From an uncultured Chloroflexia bacterium (GTDB taxonomy: Bacteria > Chloroflexota > Limnocylindria > Limnocylindrales > CSP1-4): 64,000 bases of DNA. How positions within the stretch are numbered: the stretch's first letter is position 1; every line of letters starts with the position of its first letter. The notes beneath the pieces are model-generated. The model saw only the letters and a list, made by a program, of their open reading frames with translations, did no database searches and was not told where the DNA came from. Where the stretch lies: positions 256,001 through 320,000 of the forward strand of contig CAWHXD010000017.1 in assembly GCA_963833225.1 (NCBI GenBank), given 5' to 3'. The translations under genes and the position numbers were made by a program. Of the stretch, positions 38,733 through 48,086 are shown piece by piece.

Positions 38733-39262
38733 TGCCGTGTGAGCGTACCGGCAGCGGCCTCAGCACGCCGGGCGGCGCGTCGCCACAGGGGGGCCGGTGG
38801 CCGTGTTGGCTCCCCCTTTGGTGCGCCCATGGCCGTCTGATGGTCCCGAGGGGTCCCCCGTCAGATGGTCCGGGCGGTGCGCGGGTGCGCCTGACCTTCG
38901 CTCGCCGCTGCCCCGGACGCGAGGCCCATTGAGCCTCCATGGGTCGGCGGTTACGTTGTCCCTGCGTTCGAAACGCGCCGACCCACGACGATCCGGGAGC
39001 ACCCTGGGGCGTCGGCCACGGATCGACCGGCCGGACAACTCGACCGTTGGGGACGCCTGACGGCACGGGGGTACCGTGCTCCGATCACGAGCCGAGTAAC
39101 TGGGCACCTCGGCCATCAGGCCCGGACGTACGAGGGCGGCTGCACTGATCAGGCGTCATCTGCACCCGTCATCTGCACCCCCGGTTCGTTGGGCCGGGGG
39201 TGCGTTCATGTCCCCGACGCCCCATCGCCGGTCGAGGGCGTCCGAACCGACGCGCGGCTTAG

Positions 39263-40289
39263 TGAAGTTCCCCGGTGAAGATGAGACTGGGTAGCGTGCC
39301 CTTCGAGGAGGGCACGGATGCCGGAGGTCAGGTCTCGGTCCTATGCGAACCCGCGGCGTCTGCCGCGCCGGAACCACTACCAGGAGGGCCCGGACTTCCT
39401 GTTCGTGGCGACGCAGGGTGGTCGTCCCCCTGACCTGGTCCTCGGGCCAGGCATCGCGGCGGTCGTTCGACGCCGCCGGGCCGCGCTCCGGCGCTGGGCG
39501 GAGGGAGTGCCGCTCGCCGGGATCTGCGCCGAGACCGGGTGCAGCCGGGCGAGCCTGTTCCGCTGGCGCACCCGCTTCGAGCAGGACGGTCTTGATGGAC
39601 TCCGGGATCGACCCCGGGTGGGACGACGGAGCGATCTGCCGCCCGCGCTCGAGCGGCTCATCCTCACCGTCCGCCTGCTGACCTACTGGAACAGCCGGCG
39701 GATCGCCGCCGAGTTCCGGAGGCGATCCGTCTGGCCGCTGACGCACGGCCAGGTCGACCGGGTCCTCGCCCGCCACGGGACGCACCGTCCGAGCTACGTC
39801 CGGACGCCGGGTCCGCGCTACGAGCGGGCCACCGTCAACGAGCTCTGGCACATCGACCTCAAGGGCCCGTTCTACTTCGTCGGGGCGACCGGCCTGGACA
39901 CCGTTCGTCGCGATCACCCGCACGATGCTCAGCCGCTTCCAGCGCAGCCTCTCCGAGCTCGCGATCCGCCACATCCGGACCCAGATCGACACGCCCTGGA
40001 CGAACGGCAAGATCGAGGCGTTCTGGCACACGCTTCAGGCGGAGGTCCTCGACCGCCAGCAGCTCGCCGATCTCGCCGCTGCCGAGGCGGCCGTCACCGG
40101 TTACGCCGGCTACTACAACTACCACCGGCTCCACGGCGAGCTCGACTGGCAGACACCGGCCGAGCGGTTCGACGGCACGCCGTTCACCGACCGCGGCTTC
40201 GGCAGCGTCCCGTCCCTCGCCGGCGTGGCCGCTCTACTCGACGCGATCCTGGCCGCCTGAGCCAGTCTCATCTTCACCGGGGAACTTCA
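39263..40289 (+). mobile_element. IS481-like insertion sequence, internally deleted (1027 bp)
   Basis: Perfect 28-bp TIRs TGAAGTTCCCCGGTGAAGATGAGACTGG (39263-39290 / 40262-40289); 5-bp TSD CTTAG (39258-62 / 40290-94). Confidence 0.92.
39318..40260 (+). pseudogene. DDE (rve) transposase with internal deletion and frameshift
   Basis: HTH (SRASLFRW), YERATVNELWHIDLK, then jump near 39900 to PWTNGKIEAF...YYNYHRLH; DNG segment missing. Confidence 0.85.
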
Positions 40290-40290
40290 C

Positions 40291-41028
40291 TTAGCGGTAG
40301 GGGTTCGACTGCCAGCCCGGCCGCGGCGGCCGGTGCACCCGCCTGATCCCACGGCGGTCCAATTCCGCCACGATCACCCGTGCCGCCATCGCAACGTCCG
40401 GCTGACGGACGATAGTGCTGGCGAGCCAGTCGATGTAGCTGGGCTCGAACGCCGCGATCTCGCCCAGCGTGTGGCCGTGGAACTTGCCGAAGGTGACCTC
40501 GGTCTCGAGCGCGTCGCTGAGCGCGGGCGGTTCTGGGGCCACGTGTCCAGCCCGGCGACCGCGCTCCATCGGGCCCGAGGGCTGCGAGGCGCGAAGCTCC
40601 GGTTCGGAGCGGTCATGGCGGAGCGGCGGCTGGCCCGTGAGCGAGAGCCGCAGCCCCGGCGGCGTCGTCGTCTGGTTCCGCGGATGGAATGTGGCGCTGG
40701 TGTCCACCCGTCCCGTCACCGGGCGGCTGCGGACGGCTGGGGGTGGACCACCGGCCTTCCATTGCGGATCCTGGGTGGCCGAGGTTCGGGCGCGGTCCGC
40801 CGGTGACCCGGGGCGGCGGCGCGGCTCATCGTCCGCTCCGGCACGCGTGAGGGCGGCGTAGGCGGCATTGATCTCGGCCATCCGCCGCGTGGCGCGCCGG
40901 GCGACGTCGGGATCGTCGCCGGTCAGGTCCGGGTGATGCCGGCGCGCGAGGGCACGCCAAGCAGCCTTGATGGCGTCGGGCGGGGTGCCCGGCGCGACGC
41001 CAAGCACGAGATGCGGATCCTTGGGCAC
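40291..41028 (-). CDS. J-domain protein with C-terminal FGK-motif (DUF3820/ExoX-C-like) domain
   Basis: DPHLVLGV...HHPD...MAEINAAY; TFGKFHGHTLGEI...PSYIDWL. Confidence 0.85.
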   Translation of the reverse strand: MPKDPHLVLGVAPGTPPDAIKAAWRALARRHHPDLTGDDPDVARRATRRMAEINAAYAALTRAGADDEPRRRPGSPADRARTSATQDPQWKAGGPPPAVRSRPVTGRVDTSATFHPRNQTTTPPGLRLSLTGQPPLRHDRSEPELRASQPSGPMERGRRAGHVAPEPPALSDALETEVTFGKFHGHTLGEIAAFEPSYIDWLASTIVRQPDVAMAARVIVAELDRRGIRRVHRPPRPGWQSNPYR

Positions 41029-41047
41029 GTGCCCGAGTGTATCGCCG

Positions 41048-41143
41048 GGCCGACGGAGGTCGCACTGGCGCCGCGATCCCGTCGGGCGCCGGGGGCCTGT
41101 CGGCCGACGCAGGTCGCACTGGCGCCGCGATCCCGTCGGGCGC
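41048..41143. repeat. Two 42-bp palindromic (REP-like) direct repeats
   Basis: GGCCGACG(G/C)AGGTCGCACTGGCGCCGCGATCCCGTCGGGCGC at 41048 and 41102; each folds CCGACG/CGTCGG. Confidence 0.75.
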
Positions 41144-41440
41144 GGGGAGCCCGAACGGTCTCAGCGCGGAACGGGCTGGGCGCCCGGCGCCTCAGACGTC
41201 ACGCGAGGCGCGCCGGGGGGCAACAGGTGAGGCTCCAAACGCCCGATCCGGCGCGCCGCGTCCTCGTTGGGGCGCCGGGGGCCCGCTGGGCGCCAGGGGC
41301 CCGCCGTCCGTCGGCGGGAGCGCCCTGGCGCGGGTGGCCCGCCGCCGGCGCGACCGCCTCGCACCCGCCGTCGGCGCAGGCGCCCGGGCGCCGCGGCTCC
41401 CTCGCTTGACAGACCCGCCCGCCGGGGGTCCGATTCGCGC

Positions 41441-42562
41441 ATGCTCCGCCTCCACCGGGCCCACCGCGCAGGTCTCGTCGCCGCCGTCGCTGCCCTGCCT
41501 CTCGCCCTCGCCTACCGCTTCGCGCTCGTCTATCGCCTTCGTGCCGGGTACCCGCAGCGCCACCCACCCGCCTACCGGCCGGACATCGCCGGGCTGACCT
41601 GGGACGAGGTCCTCGTCCCCAGCTCGGATGGCGTGGAGCTGCCCGGGTGGTTCATCCCTGCCGGCAACAATCGCGCGCCCGGCGTGGCGCTGATCCACGG
41701 CTGGGAGTCGGCGCGCGACCGCACCCTCCCTCACGCCCAGATCCTCCACGCGGCGGGGTTCCATGTCCTCACGATCGACGTCCGCGGCCACGGCAGCAAC
41801 GGGCCGGAGGCCCTCCCCCTGTCCGCGGGCGAGTACGCAGCCGATGCCCGAGCCGCCGCCGCCTGGCTCCGCGCGCGGCCGGAGGTGGATCGCGTGGCAC
41901 TCCTCGGCCATTCGATGGGCGCCGCCGGTGCGCTCGTCGCAACGGCCGATGACCCCGATATCAGCGCGGTGGTCGCGGTCGCCGCACCGGCCGATCCGTC
42001 CCGCCTCACGCGCCAGACCTTCCGCCTCGCCAGGCTGCCGATCCCGGGCGTCATCGCCTGGCCGCTCGCCTGGTTCACGACCCGCGTCTACCTCCGACCC
42101 CGCGGTCACACGGTCGCATCGATCAGCGCGACGCACGCGGTCCGGGCCATCACCGTGCCGGTCATGCTCTGCCACGGGACCGACGACGGCGTCGTGCCCT
42201 TCTCCGACCTTGGCCGGCTCGCGGCAGCCCGCCGGGCCGCCCGGCCCACCGCCGTCACCGAGACCCACGTCGTCGCGGATGGTCGGCATTCATGGCTGTA
42301 CGAAGATGCGCCATACCGGGCCGCGATCGCGCGCTTCCTCGCCACCGCGCTGGGCGGCCCCCTCGCGCCCGAGACGGCAGCCGCCGTCGCCGCGACCGTC
42401 GACGCCCGCCGCCTGCCCGACCCGGAGCGACTCGCCACCCTCGACGAGCAGCCGGGCGGTCTGCGATCGCTGGTGCTGCTCATCCGCCGCCACGAGCTTC
42501 GGCCGTCGGTGGCCGATGCCCCGGGTGTGGCTCTCGCGGCCCCCGAAGGGGCCGGACGATGA
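41441..42562 (+). CDS. Alpha/beta hydrolase
   Basis: DGVELPGW, IHGW, DVRGHG, GHSMG, HGTDD, H near C-terminus. Confidence 0.88.
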   Translation: MLRLHRAHRAGLVAAVAALPLALAYRFALVYRLRAGYPQRHPPAYRPDIAGLTWDEVLVPSSDGVELPGWFIPAGNNRAPGVALIHGWESARDRTLPHAQILHAAGFHVLTIDVRGHGSNGPEALPLSAGEYAADARAAAAWLRARPEVDRVALLGHSMGAAGALVATADDPDISAVVAVAAPADPSRLTRQTFRLARLPIPGVIAWPLAWFTTRVYLRPRGHTVASISATHAVRAITVPVMLCHGTDDGVVPFSDLGRLAAARRAARPTAVTETHVVADGRHSWLYEDAPYRAAIARFLATALGGPLAPETAAAVAATVDARRLPDPERLATLDEQPGGLRSLVLLIRRHELRPSVADAPGVALAAPEGAGR

Positions 42563-43086
42563 ACGTCTGGGACGCGGTCCACGCCAAGCGGGCGGTGCGC
42601 GAGTTCTCGGACCGACCGATCCCGGACGAGGCGCTCGACCGGATCGTCCGGGCCGGGACTCGCGCCCACAGCTCCAAGAACCAGCAGCGCTGGGCATTCA
42701 TCGTGGTTCGCGACCGCCAGCGGCTCGCGGCGCTCTCACGCACCGGGCGGTACGCCGGTCATCTCGCCGGTGCCGCCGCCGCCGTGGCGCTGGTCACGCC
42801 GGATCCCGAGGGACCCGGACAGCCACTCAGCGTGGTCTGGGATGTCGGCGGCGCAGCCGCGCAGATGATGCTGGTCGCCTGGGAGCTGGGCATCGGGAGC
42901 TGTCCCGCCACCGTGTACGAACAGGCCGTTGCGCGCGAGATCCTGGGCTACCCGGAGGACCGATGGTGCGAGTACGTCCTGTCGTTCGGCTACCCGGCGG
43001 ACCCCGAACGGCTCACGGCCCCGAACCGGGCGGGTGGCCGACGCCCGATTGCCGAGGTGGTCCATCGCGAGCGCTGGGGGGGCTGA
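42559..43086 (+). CDS. Nitroreductase family protein
   Basis: KRAVREF, AHSSKNQQRWAFIVV, AWELGIGSC, FGYP. Confidence 0.9.
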   Translation: MNVWDAVHAKRAVREFSDRPIPDEALDRIVRAGTRAHSSKNQQRWAFIVVRDRQRLAALSRTGRYAGHLAGAAAAVALVTPDPEGPGQPLSVVWDVGGAAAQMMLVAWELGIGSCPATVYEQAVAREILGYPEDRWCEYVLSFGYPADPERLTAPNRAGGRRPIAEVVHRERWGG

Positions 43087-43093
43087 TGCCTCG

Positions 43094-44368
43094 CTAGCTC
43101 GTCGCGTCGTCGTAGGTCGGGTCGTCGCGCTCGACGTCGAGCGCGTCGAGCGCGGAGGTGCTGCCGGCGTGCGCCTGCTCCGGGGCCGGCGCGCCTTCGG
43201 CCAGGTAGGACTCGATCGCCATGTCCAGGCCCACGTCCCGGCCCGCCTGCTCGGACAGCAGCCACTTGTGCTCGAGCACGTCGCAGTACGCCTGGACCAC
43301 GTCGCGATCCGGGCCCACCCAGGATCGGATCCGGGCGAGGGTCGGTCGATAGACCTCGCGCAGCCACCGGTCGGTCGCCTCCTCCGACGACACGCTATGG
43401 CCACCCGACCACTCCAGCCAGCAGCGGTACTCGGCAATGTCGTTGAGCAGGATCCGAGCCTGTCCCTCGAGCGTGCGCAGCTTCGTCCGCCGCTCCAGCT
43501 CGTTGGCGTGGTACCGGCGTGTCGTGACCAGCGTCCGGAGGCGAACCGTCCCGGCCGGCTCGACCGGGTCCACCTCGACATCCACCGAGAACCCCAGGTC
43601 GTTGAGCCCACGCAGCCTGGCGCGGATGGCACGCCGGTCGCCGGGGATGAGGTCGGACACGTCGTGCAGCTCGTGCCACACCGCGTCGTACCGGACACGC
43701 ACGCTTTCGGCAGCCTCGATGGCGGCGTCCACGTCTTCCGGCCGGTCCTGGTAGGCGGCAAGGTCGGCAAGACCGAAGGCGACGTTCTCCACCAGGATGT
43801 CCAGGTCGAACCGCCGCTGGCCATCCGAGAGACCAGGGTGGACCTCGGATGTCTCGGCATCCACCAGGTACGCCTGGATGCGGTCGCCGTCTCGTCGGAA
43901 CAGGGTGTTCGCCAGCGAGCAGTCGCCCCAGAAGACACCGCCCCGGTGCAGGTCGACCAGGAGCAGCGCCATGGCGTCGAGGAGGCGATCGAGGTAGCCG
44001 GCGCTCACGGAGCGCAGGCGCATCAGGAGTCGGCGGTACTGCATCGAGTGGCGCAGGTACTCCGTCACGAGCACGGAATCTCCGCGCTCCAGCCGGTCCG
44101 CGAGGCCCACGGCTCGCACCGATGGCAGCCCGGCATCCTCGAGGTGGCGGAGGACGGAGAACTCGCGGCTGGCCACGGCCGCCGGCAGCTCCTTGAGCGC
44201 GTAGACCGTGCCGTCGTGGACAAGAAAGCGGACCAGGTGCCGCGATGGCCCAACGGGCAGGTCCCGGAACTCCTGGCTCGGATCGTTCCAGCTCGCGAGC
44301 GGCAGCTCCCAGGGCAGGTCGAGCAGCGAGGCAACCTCGTCGCGGAGCCGGAGACGGGGAAAGCTCAT
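43094..44368 (-). CDS. DUF4032 / LPS-kinase-like protein
   Basis: LDLPWELPL, SRHLVRF, FWGDCSLANTLFRRD, LEHKWLLSE. Confidence 0.85.
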   Translation of the reverse strand: MSFPRLRLRDEVASLLDLPWELPLASWNDPSQEFRDLPVGPSRHLVRFLVHDGTVYALKELPAAVASREFSVLRHLEDAGLPSVRAVGLADRLERGDSVLVTEYLRHSMQYRRLLMRLRSVSAGYLDRLLDAMALLLVDLHRGGVFWGDCSLANTLFRRDGDRIQAYLVDAETSEVHPGLSDGQRRFDLDILVENVAFGLADLAAYQDRPEDVDAAIEAAESVRVRYDAVWHELHDVSDLIPGDRRAIRARLRGLNDLGFSVDVEVDPVEPAGTVRLRTLVTTRRYHANELERRTKLRTLEGQARILLNDIAEYRCWLEWSGGHSVSSEEATDRWLREVYRPTLARIRSWVGPDRDVVQAYCDVLEHKWLLSEQAGRDVGLDMAIESYLAEGAPAPEQAHAGSTSALDALDVERDDPTYDDATS

Positions 44369-44406
44369 CGAGACGTGCAGGGAGCCTGGGCGCGGGTTGC
44401 CCGGAG

Positions 44407-44847
44407 TCAGGGCCGTTTGCGCAGGTAGGCGGCGAGCCCGGCGTCGTAGCCCAGCGACTCGAACAGCTTGCGTGCCTCCGGCCGATGGTGGCCGGCCGTG
44501 ACCTCGAGGAAGGCCGCACCGCGCTCGGTGGCCACCCGCTCGGCCTCGGTCATCAGCTGGCGGCCGATGCCCCGCGCCCTGACCCCGGGGTCCACCACGA
44601 GGGCGACGATCCGCGCGAACCGCTCGTCCGTCTCGAACCGCGGCATGACGTGGAACGCGATGAAGCCGATCACCTCGCCGGATGCCTCGGCCGCGAGCAC
44701 CCCGGAGTCATCGGTGGTGAACCGCTCGATGCGGGCCGCCAGGTCCGACGCACCGGCGGGATAGCCCTCATCCGTGAGGAGACTCGCGAACCGCTCGGCA
44801 TCGTCGGCCGTGGCGGGTCGCACCGTGACAGCAGCAGCGTCGCTCAT
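44407..44847 (-). CDS. GNAT acetyltransferase
   Basis: LVVDPGVRARGIGRQL, FESLGY. Confidence 0.88.
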   Translation of the reverse strand: MSDAAAVTVRPATADDAERFASLLTDEGYPAGASDLAARIERFTTDDSGVLAAEASGEVIGFIAFHVMPRFETDERFARIVALVVDPGVRARGIGRQLMTEAERVATERGAAFLEVTAGHHRPEARKLFESLGYDAGLAAYLRKRP

Positions 44848-45545
44848 GGGGCGATGGTACCCGGCGCCGCCGCTCCCGACACCGGCTGACGGCCCTCGGT
44901 CACGATGACGTGCGGCCCGGCCGGGCCGCCGGCGAGCAGCAGCTGGCGCCCGAAGGGCCCGTTTCGCGGCGAGCCAGCGGTGATCCCCCTCGCGCCGGCC
45001 GCCACGAGCCACGCCTCGAGTCCGGAGACCGGCCGGACATAGATCGCGCACGGTCCCTCGCCCTCCCGCGCCAGCGAGGCTGCTGCACGCCCCTCACGGA
45101 CTGGCTCCAGGAGGACCGTCCAGGTGCCCGGCAGCCCGCCGCCCGAGCGCAGCCGCGAGATCGCGTCGAGGTGTTCGTCCTCGACCGATCCCCCGGCTCG
45201 GGGACCAAGCCACATCTCGAGCTCCCGTTCGGCGCCGTCCAGCTCCACGGTCGCCCAGCCCAGGCCGAACAGAACAACCGGTGGCGAGGCGCCGGCCTCG
45301 TGCGCCGGCGGCTCCTCGCCGTCGGGGACGGGCTCCAGGATCAGCCGCCCCGCGGCGCGGGCGTGGTCGGTGGCCGCTTCGCGGATCCAGGGACGCACCT
45401 CGAGAAGCGCCGAGCCAAGGTCCAGCAGCCGGGCACCCGGAGCGAGACCACCAGCCCAGACCGGCACCTCCAGCCTCCGGGCCAGCTCCGCCGCGAACGC
45501 CACGGGTTCGCGCGCCTGCCACGTCAACCGCGCCCAGAGCCTCAT
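44844..45545 (-). CDS. Hypothetical protein (VOC/glyoxalase-like remnants possible)
   Basis: ATGA overlaps on both sides; VLLEP..EG, GPFG. Confidence 0.55.
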   Translation of the reverse strand: MRLWARLTWQAREPVAFAAELARRLEVPVWAGGLAPGARLLDLGSALLEVRPWIREAATDHARAAGRLILEPVPDGEEPPAHEAGASPPVVLFGLGWATVELDGAERELEMWLGPRAGGSVEDEHLDAISRLRSGGGLPGTWTVLLEPVREGRAAASLAREGEGPCAIYVRPVSGLEAWLVAAGARGITAGSPRNGPFGRQLLLAGGPAGPHVIVTEGRQPVSGAAAPGTIAP

Positions 45546-46372
45546 CCGAACAGCAGGTCCGGGGACTCGCCGACGGAGGCGAACCCGAGGCGTCCATAGA
45601 GCCGGAGGGCGGGTCCGTTGCCCGAGAACACGCCGAGGTAGGTGCGCCCCGCGACATGCCCGCCCGCAACCGTCATCGCGTGCCGGGTGGTCAGGGCGGC
45701 CAGCCCGCGCCCCCGATGGCCAATGACCGTCCCGATGGACGACAGGTAGGTGAGGCCATCGAACGTGGTGGCCTTCGCGGCAGCGGCCGGCTCGTCGTCC
45801 ACCCGGGCGAGGACCAGCACGATCCGCGGATCGTCGATGGTCGCCGCCAGCTCGACCGCCAGCTGCGCGGCGCGACCCGGTTGCGCCCCGAATGACTCGG
45901 CGAGCACGAGCGCAAGGTCGTCGACATCGGCGGGTCCCGCATCCGCGGCCGACCGGATCGCCTGCAGGGTGACACCCCGTCCCAGCTCGATCGGGCGCAC
46001 CGGCGGGCTCGAACCCGGATCGTCGAGCACCATCAGGTGCCCTCCGCCAATGTCGTGGAACCCATGGGCGACAAGGCGGTCCACGAGGTCCGCCGGGGCC
46101 GAGCCCACGGGTGACGGCCAGACATGCGGCCGACGGCCGAGGCTGGCGAACAGGGCCAGCGCTTCGGTGAGGCGGCGATCGAACCCGGCCGGCTCGTCAG
46201 GCCAGCGCACGCTCACCATTCGGTTCCAGAACACGTCCGTGTCGCGCGGGTCGTGGAGCACGACGGCATGACCCAGCTCCAGGACATCCCGGGCGGGGAT
46301 TGCGTGCGCACGGGTCTCGTGAAGCTCGAGCCTGCGGATGGCCGCGTCGTTGACCGTGAGGTGGCGGATCAC
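45542..46372 (-). CDS. GNAT acetyltransferase
   Basis: YLSSIGT..HRGRGLA, N.PALRLYGRLGF; GTG start at 46372 inferred. Confidence 0.82.
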   Translation of the reverse strand: MIRHLTVNDAAIRRLELHETRAHAIPARDVLELGHAVVLHDPRDTDVFWNRMVSVRWPDEPAGFDRRLTEALALFASLGRRPHVWPSPVGSAPADLVDRLVAHGFHDIGGGHLMVLDDPGSSPPVRPIELGRGVTLQAIRSAADAGPADVDDLALVLAESFGAQPGRAAQLAVELAATIDDPRIVLVLARVDDEPAAAAKATTFDGLTYLSSIGTVIGHRGRGLAALTTRHAMTVAGGHVAGRTYLGVFSGNGPALRLYGRLGFASVGESPDLLFG

Positions 46373-46441
46373 GCCGCCACGGTACCGCTGGAGGCGCAAT
46401 CGGAGCTGGGCGGGCCTGCTGGGCGGGCCTGCTGGACCGGC

Positions 46442-47452
46442 CTAGCGGCGCGCGACGATCGCCGTTGCCCCCGACGGAAGGTCGATCAGCTCGGGCGTGG
46501 TCACGCCCGCATCGGCGAACCAGCCCAGCGCCTCCGACCGCGTCACCAGGCGCGTGCCCATCAACAGCTCGTCGAGCTGGACGCCGGCAAGCAGCTCCGC
46601 ATGGCGCGTCTGGAGCTCGTCTGGATCCGTTGGCAGGTACCAGTCGAGCGCCACCAGCCAGCCCCCCGGCGCCAGCGCTGCCACCGCCGACCGGATCGCT
46701 GCCACGGGATCGGCCAGTTGGTGGAGCGCGTATTGGAAGTAGGCGAGGGTCGCATCACCCTCGTGGTCGATCGTGGTCACGTCGTCCTGCTCGATGGTGA
46801 TCCGGTCGCCCAGCACCGCGGCCGCGACGGCCGCGCGCGCGCGGGCGACGGAGTCCGCCTCGAACTCCACCCCGACCAGGTGCGTGCCCGGGAACCGTCG
46901 GGCCATCGCGATCAGCCAGCGGCCTCCGCCGCAGTGGATATCCAGGATCCGCGAACCCGGGGCCAGGTCAAGCACGAGCTGCGGCACGGCCGGCAGCACC
47001 TCGCCAAAGAAGACGGCAATGTCCTGCACCGTGAGCCGCTCGATCGCCTCGCGGTATCGGTCCGGCCGGCTCGCGAGCGGAACGCCCGTGCGGAGCACGT
47101 CGGGAAGACTCGCAAAATCGAGGCTGCCGATGGCTGCGTGCAGATACTGGCCGCCGAGGTACTCCGGGCGGTTGGCGTCCAGCAGGATGCGGGCGATGTC
47201 GTCGGCCAGCCGGATCCGCCCGTCACCAGCCGGCTCGACCAGGTCATGGGCCACGGCCCCCCACGCCCAGCGGGTGATCAGTGACGGGTCCGTGTCCGTT
47301 CGCCGCGCCAGCTCCTCCGGGGTGAGCCCCGGCACCCCCGCGCCCCGCAGGCGCGCGAACAACCCGAGCTTGATGCCGGTGACCGCGTACCACGCGCGGT
47401 AGAAGCCACCGAGACTGGCGACCAGGTCATCGAATCGGTCGTCGAGCTGCAT
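46442..47452 (-). CDS. Class I SAM-dependent methyltransferase with N-terminal wHTH
   Basis: LGLF...TPEELA, ILDIHCGGG, LHQLADP, LAPGGWL. Confidence 0.85.
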   Translation of the reverse strand: MQLDDRFDDLVASLGGFYRAWYAVTGIKLGLFARLRGAGVPGLTPEELARRTDTDPSLITRWAWGAVAHDLVEPAGDGRIRLADDIARILLDANRPEYLGGQYLHAAIGSLDFASLPDVLRTGVPLASRPDRYREAIERLTVQDIAVFFGEVLPAVPQLVLDLAPGSRILDIHCGGGRWLIAMARRFPGTHLVGVEFEADSVARARAAVAAAVLGDRITIEQDDVTTIDHEGDATLAYFQYALHQLADPVAAIRSAVAALAPGGWLVALDWYLPTDPDELQTRHAELLAGVQLDELLMGTRLVTRSEALGWFADAGVTTPELIDLPSGATAIVARR

Positions 47453-47501
47453 GGGAGCATTGTGGCATGCAACCGATGGCGCGCCGCTCGGGTTCTGAAC
47501 C

Positions 47502-48086
47502 GTGATGGACGACACGGAGCTCGCTCGCCGCCTCGCCCGGGATCTGGACGGATCGTTCGAGATCCTGGTCCGCTCCCACGTGGACCGGTGCCACTCGATC
47601 GCCCTGCGGCTGACCGGCAGTCCTCACGATGCGGAGGAGATCACCCAGGACGCCTTCATCCGTGCCCACCGTGCGCTCAGCGGCTATCCACCGCAGCGGA
47701 TCGAGGAGCTCCGGGTGCGTCCGTGGCTGGCCACGATCGTGCTCAACCTGTGCCGGAACCGTGCCCGCTCAAGACCCAGGACCGCCCACGCGTCGCTGGC
47801 GACGCTCGCCGAGATGGGCCTCGAGCCGGCCGCCGGCGCCGACTCGGACCCTGCGGGCCTCGCACTCGCCGGATCCGCCCGTGACCGGCTCGCGGCGCAC
47901 CTCGCCGCGTTGCCCGAGCGCTACCGCGTCCCCGTCGTGCTCCGCCATGTCGACGACCTCTCGTACGCCGAGCTCGCCGCCGTCCTCGGCCGTCCCGAGG
48001 GCACCCTGAAATCCCAGGTCCACCGCGGCCTCGCGCTCCTCCGGGAAGCGATGGCCGGTACCGACCTGGAGGAGCTGACCGCATGA
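47502..48086 (+). CDS. ECF RNA polymerase sigma factor
   Basis: DAEEITQDAF, WLATI..NLCRN, LSYAELA, GTLKSQVHRG. Confidence 0.93.
   Translation: MMDDTELARRLARDLDGSFEILVRSHVDRCHSIALRLTGSPHDAEEITQDAFIRAHRALSGYPPQRIEELRVRPWLATIVLNLCRNRARSRPRTAHASLATLAEMGLEPAAGADSDPAGLALAGSARDRLAAHLAALPERYRVPVVLRHVDDLSYAELAAVLGRPEGTLKSQVHRGLALLREAMAGTDLEELTA

Noticed and set aside
39110-39150. SRP RNA helix-8-like CAGGCCCGGA
   Set aside because: Lacks the conserved GGAAGG-AGCAG continuation.
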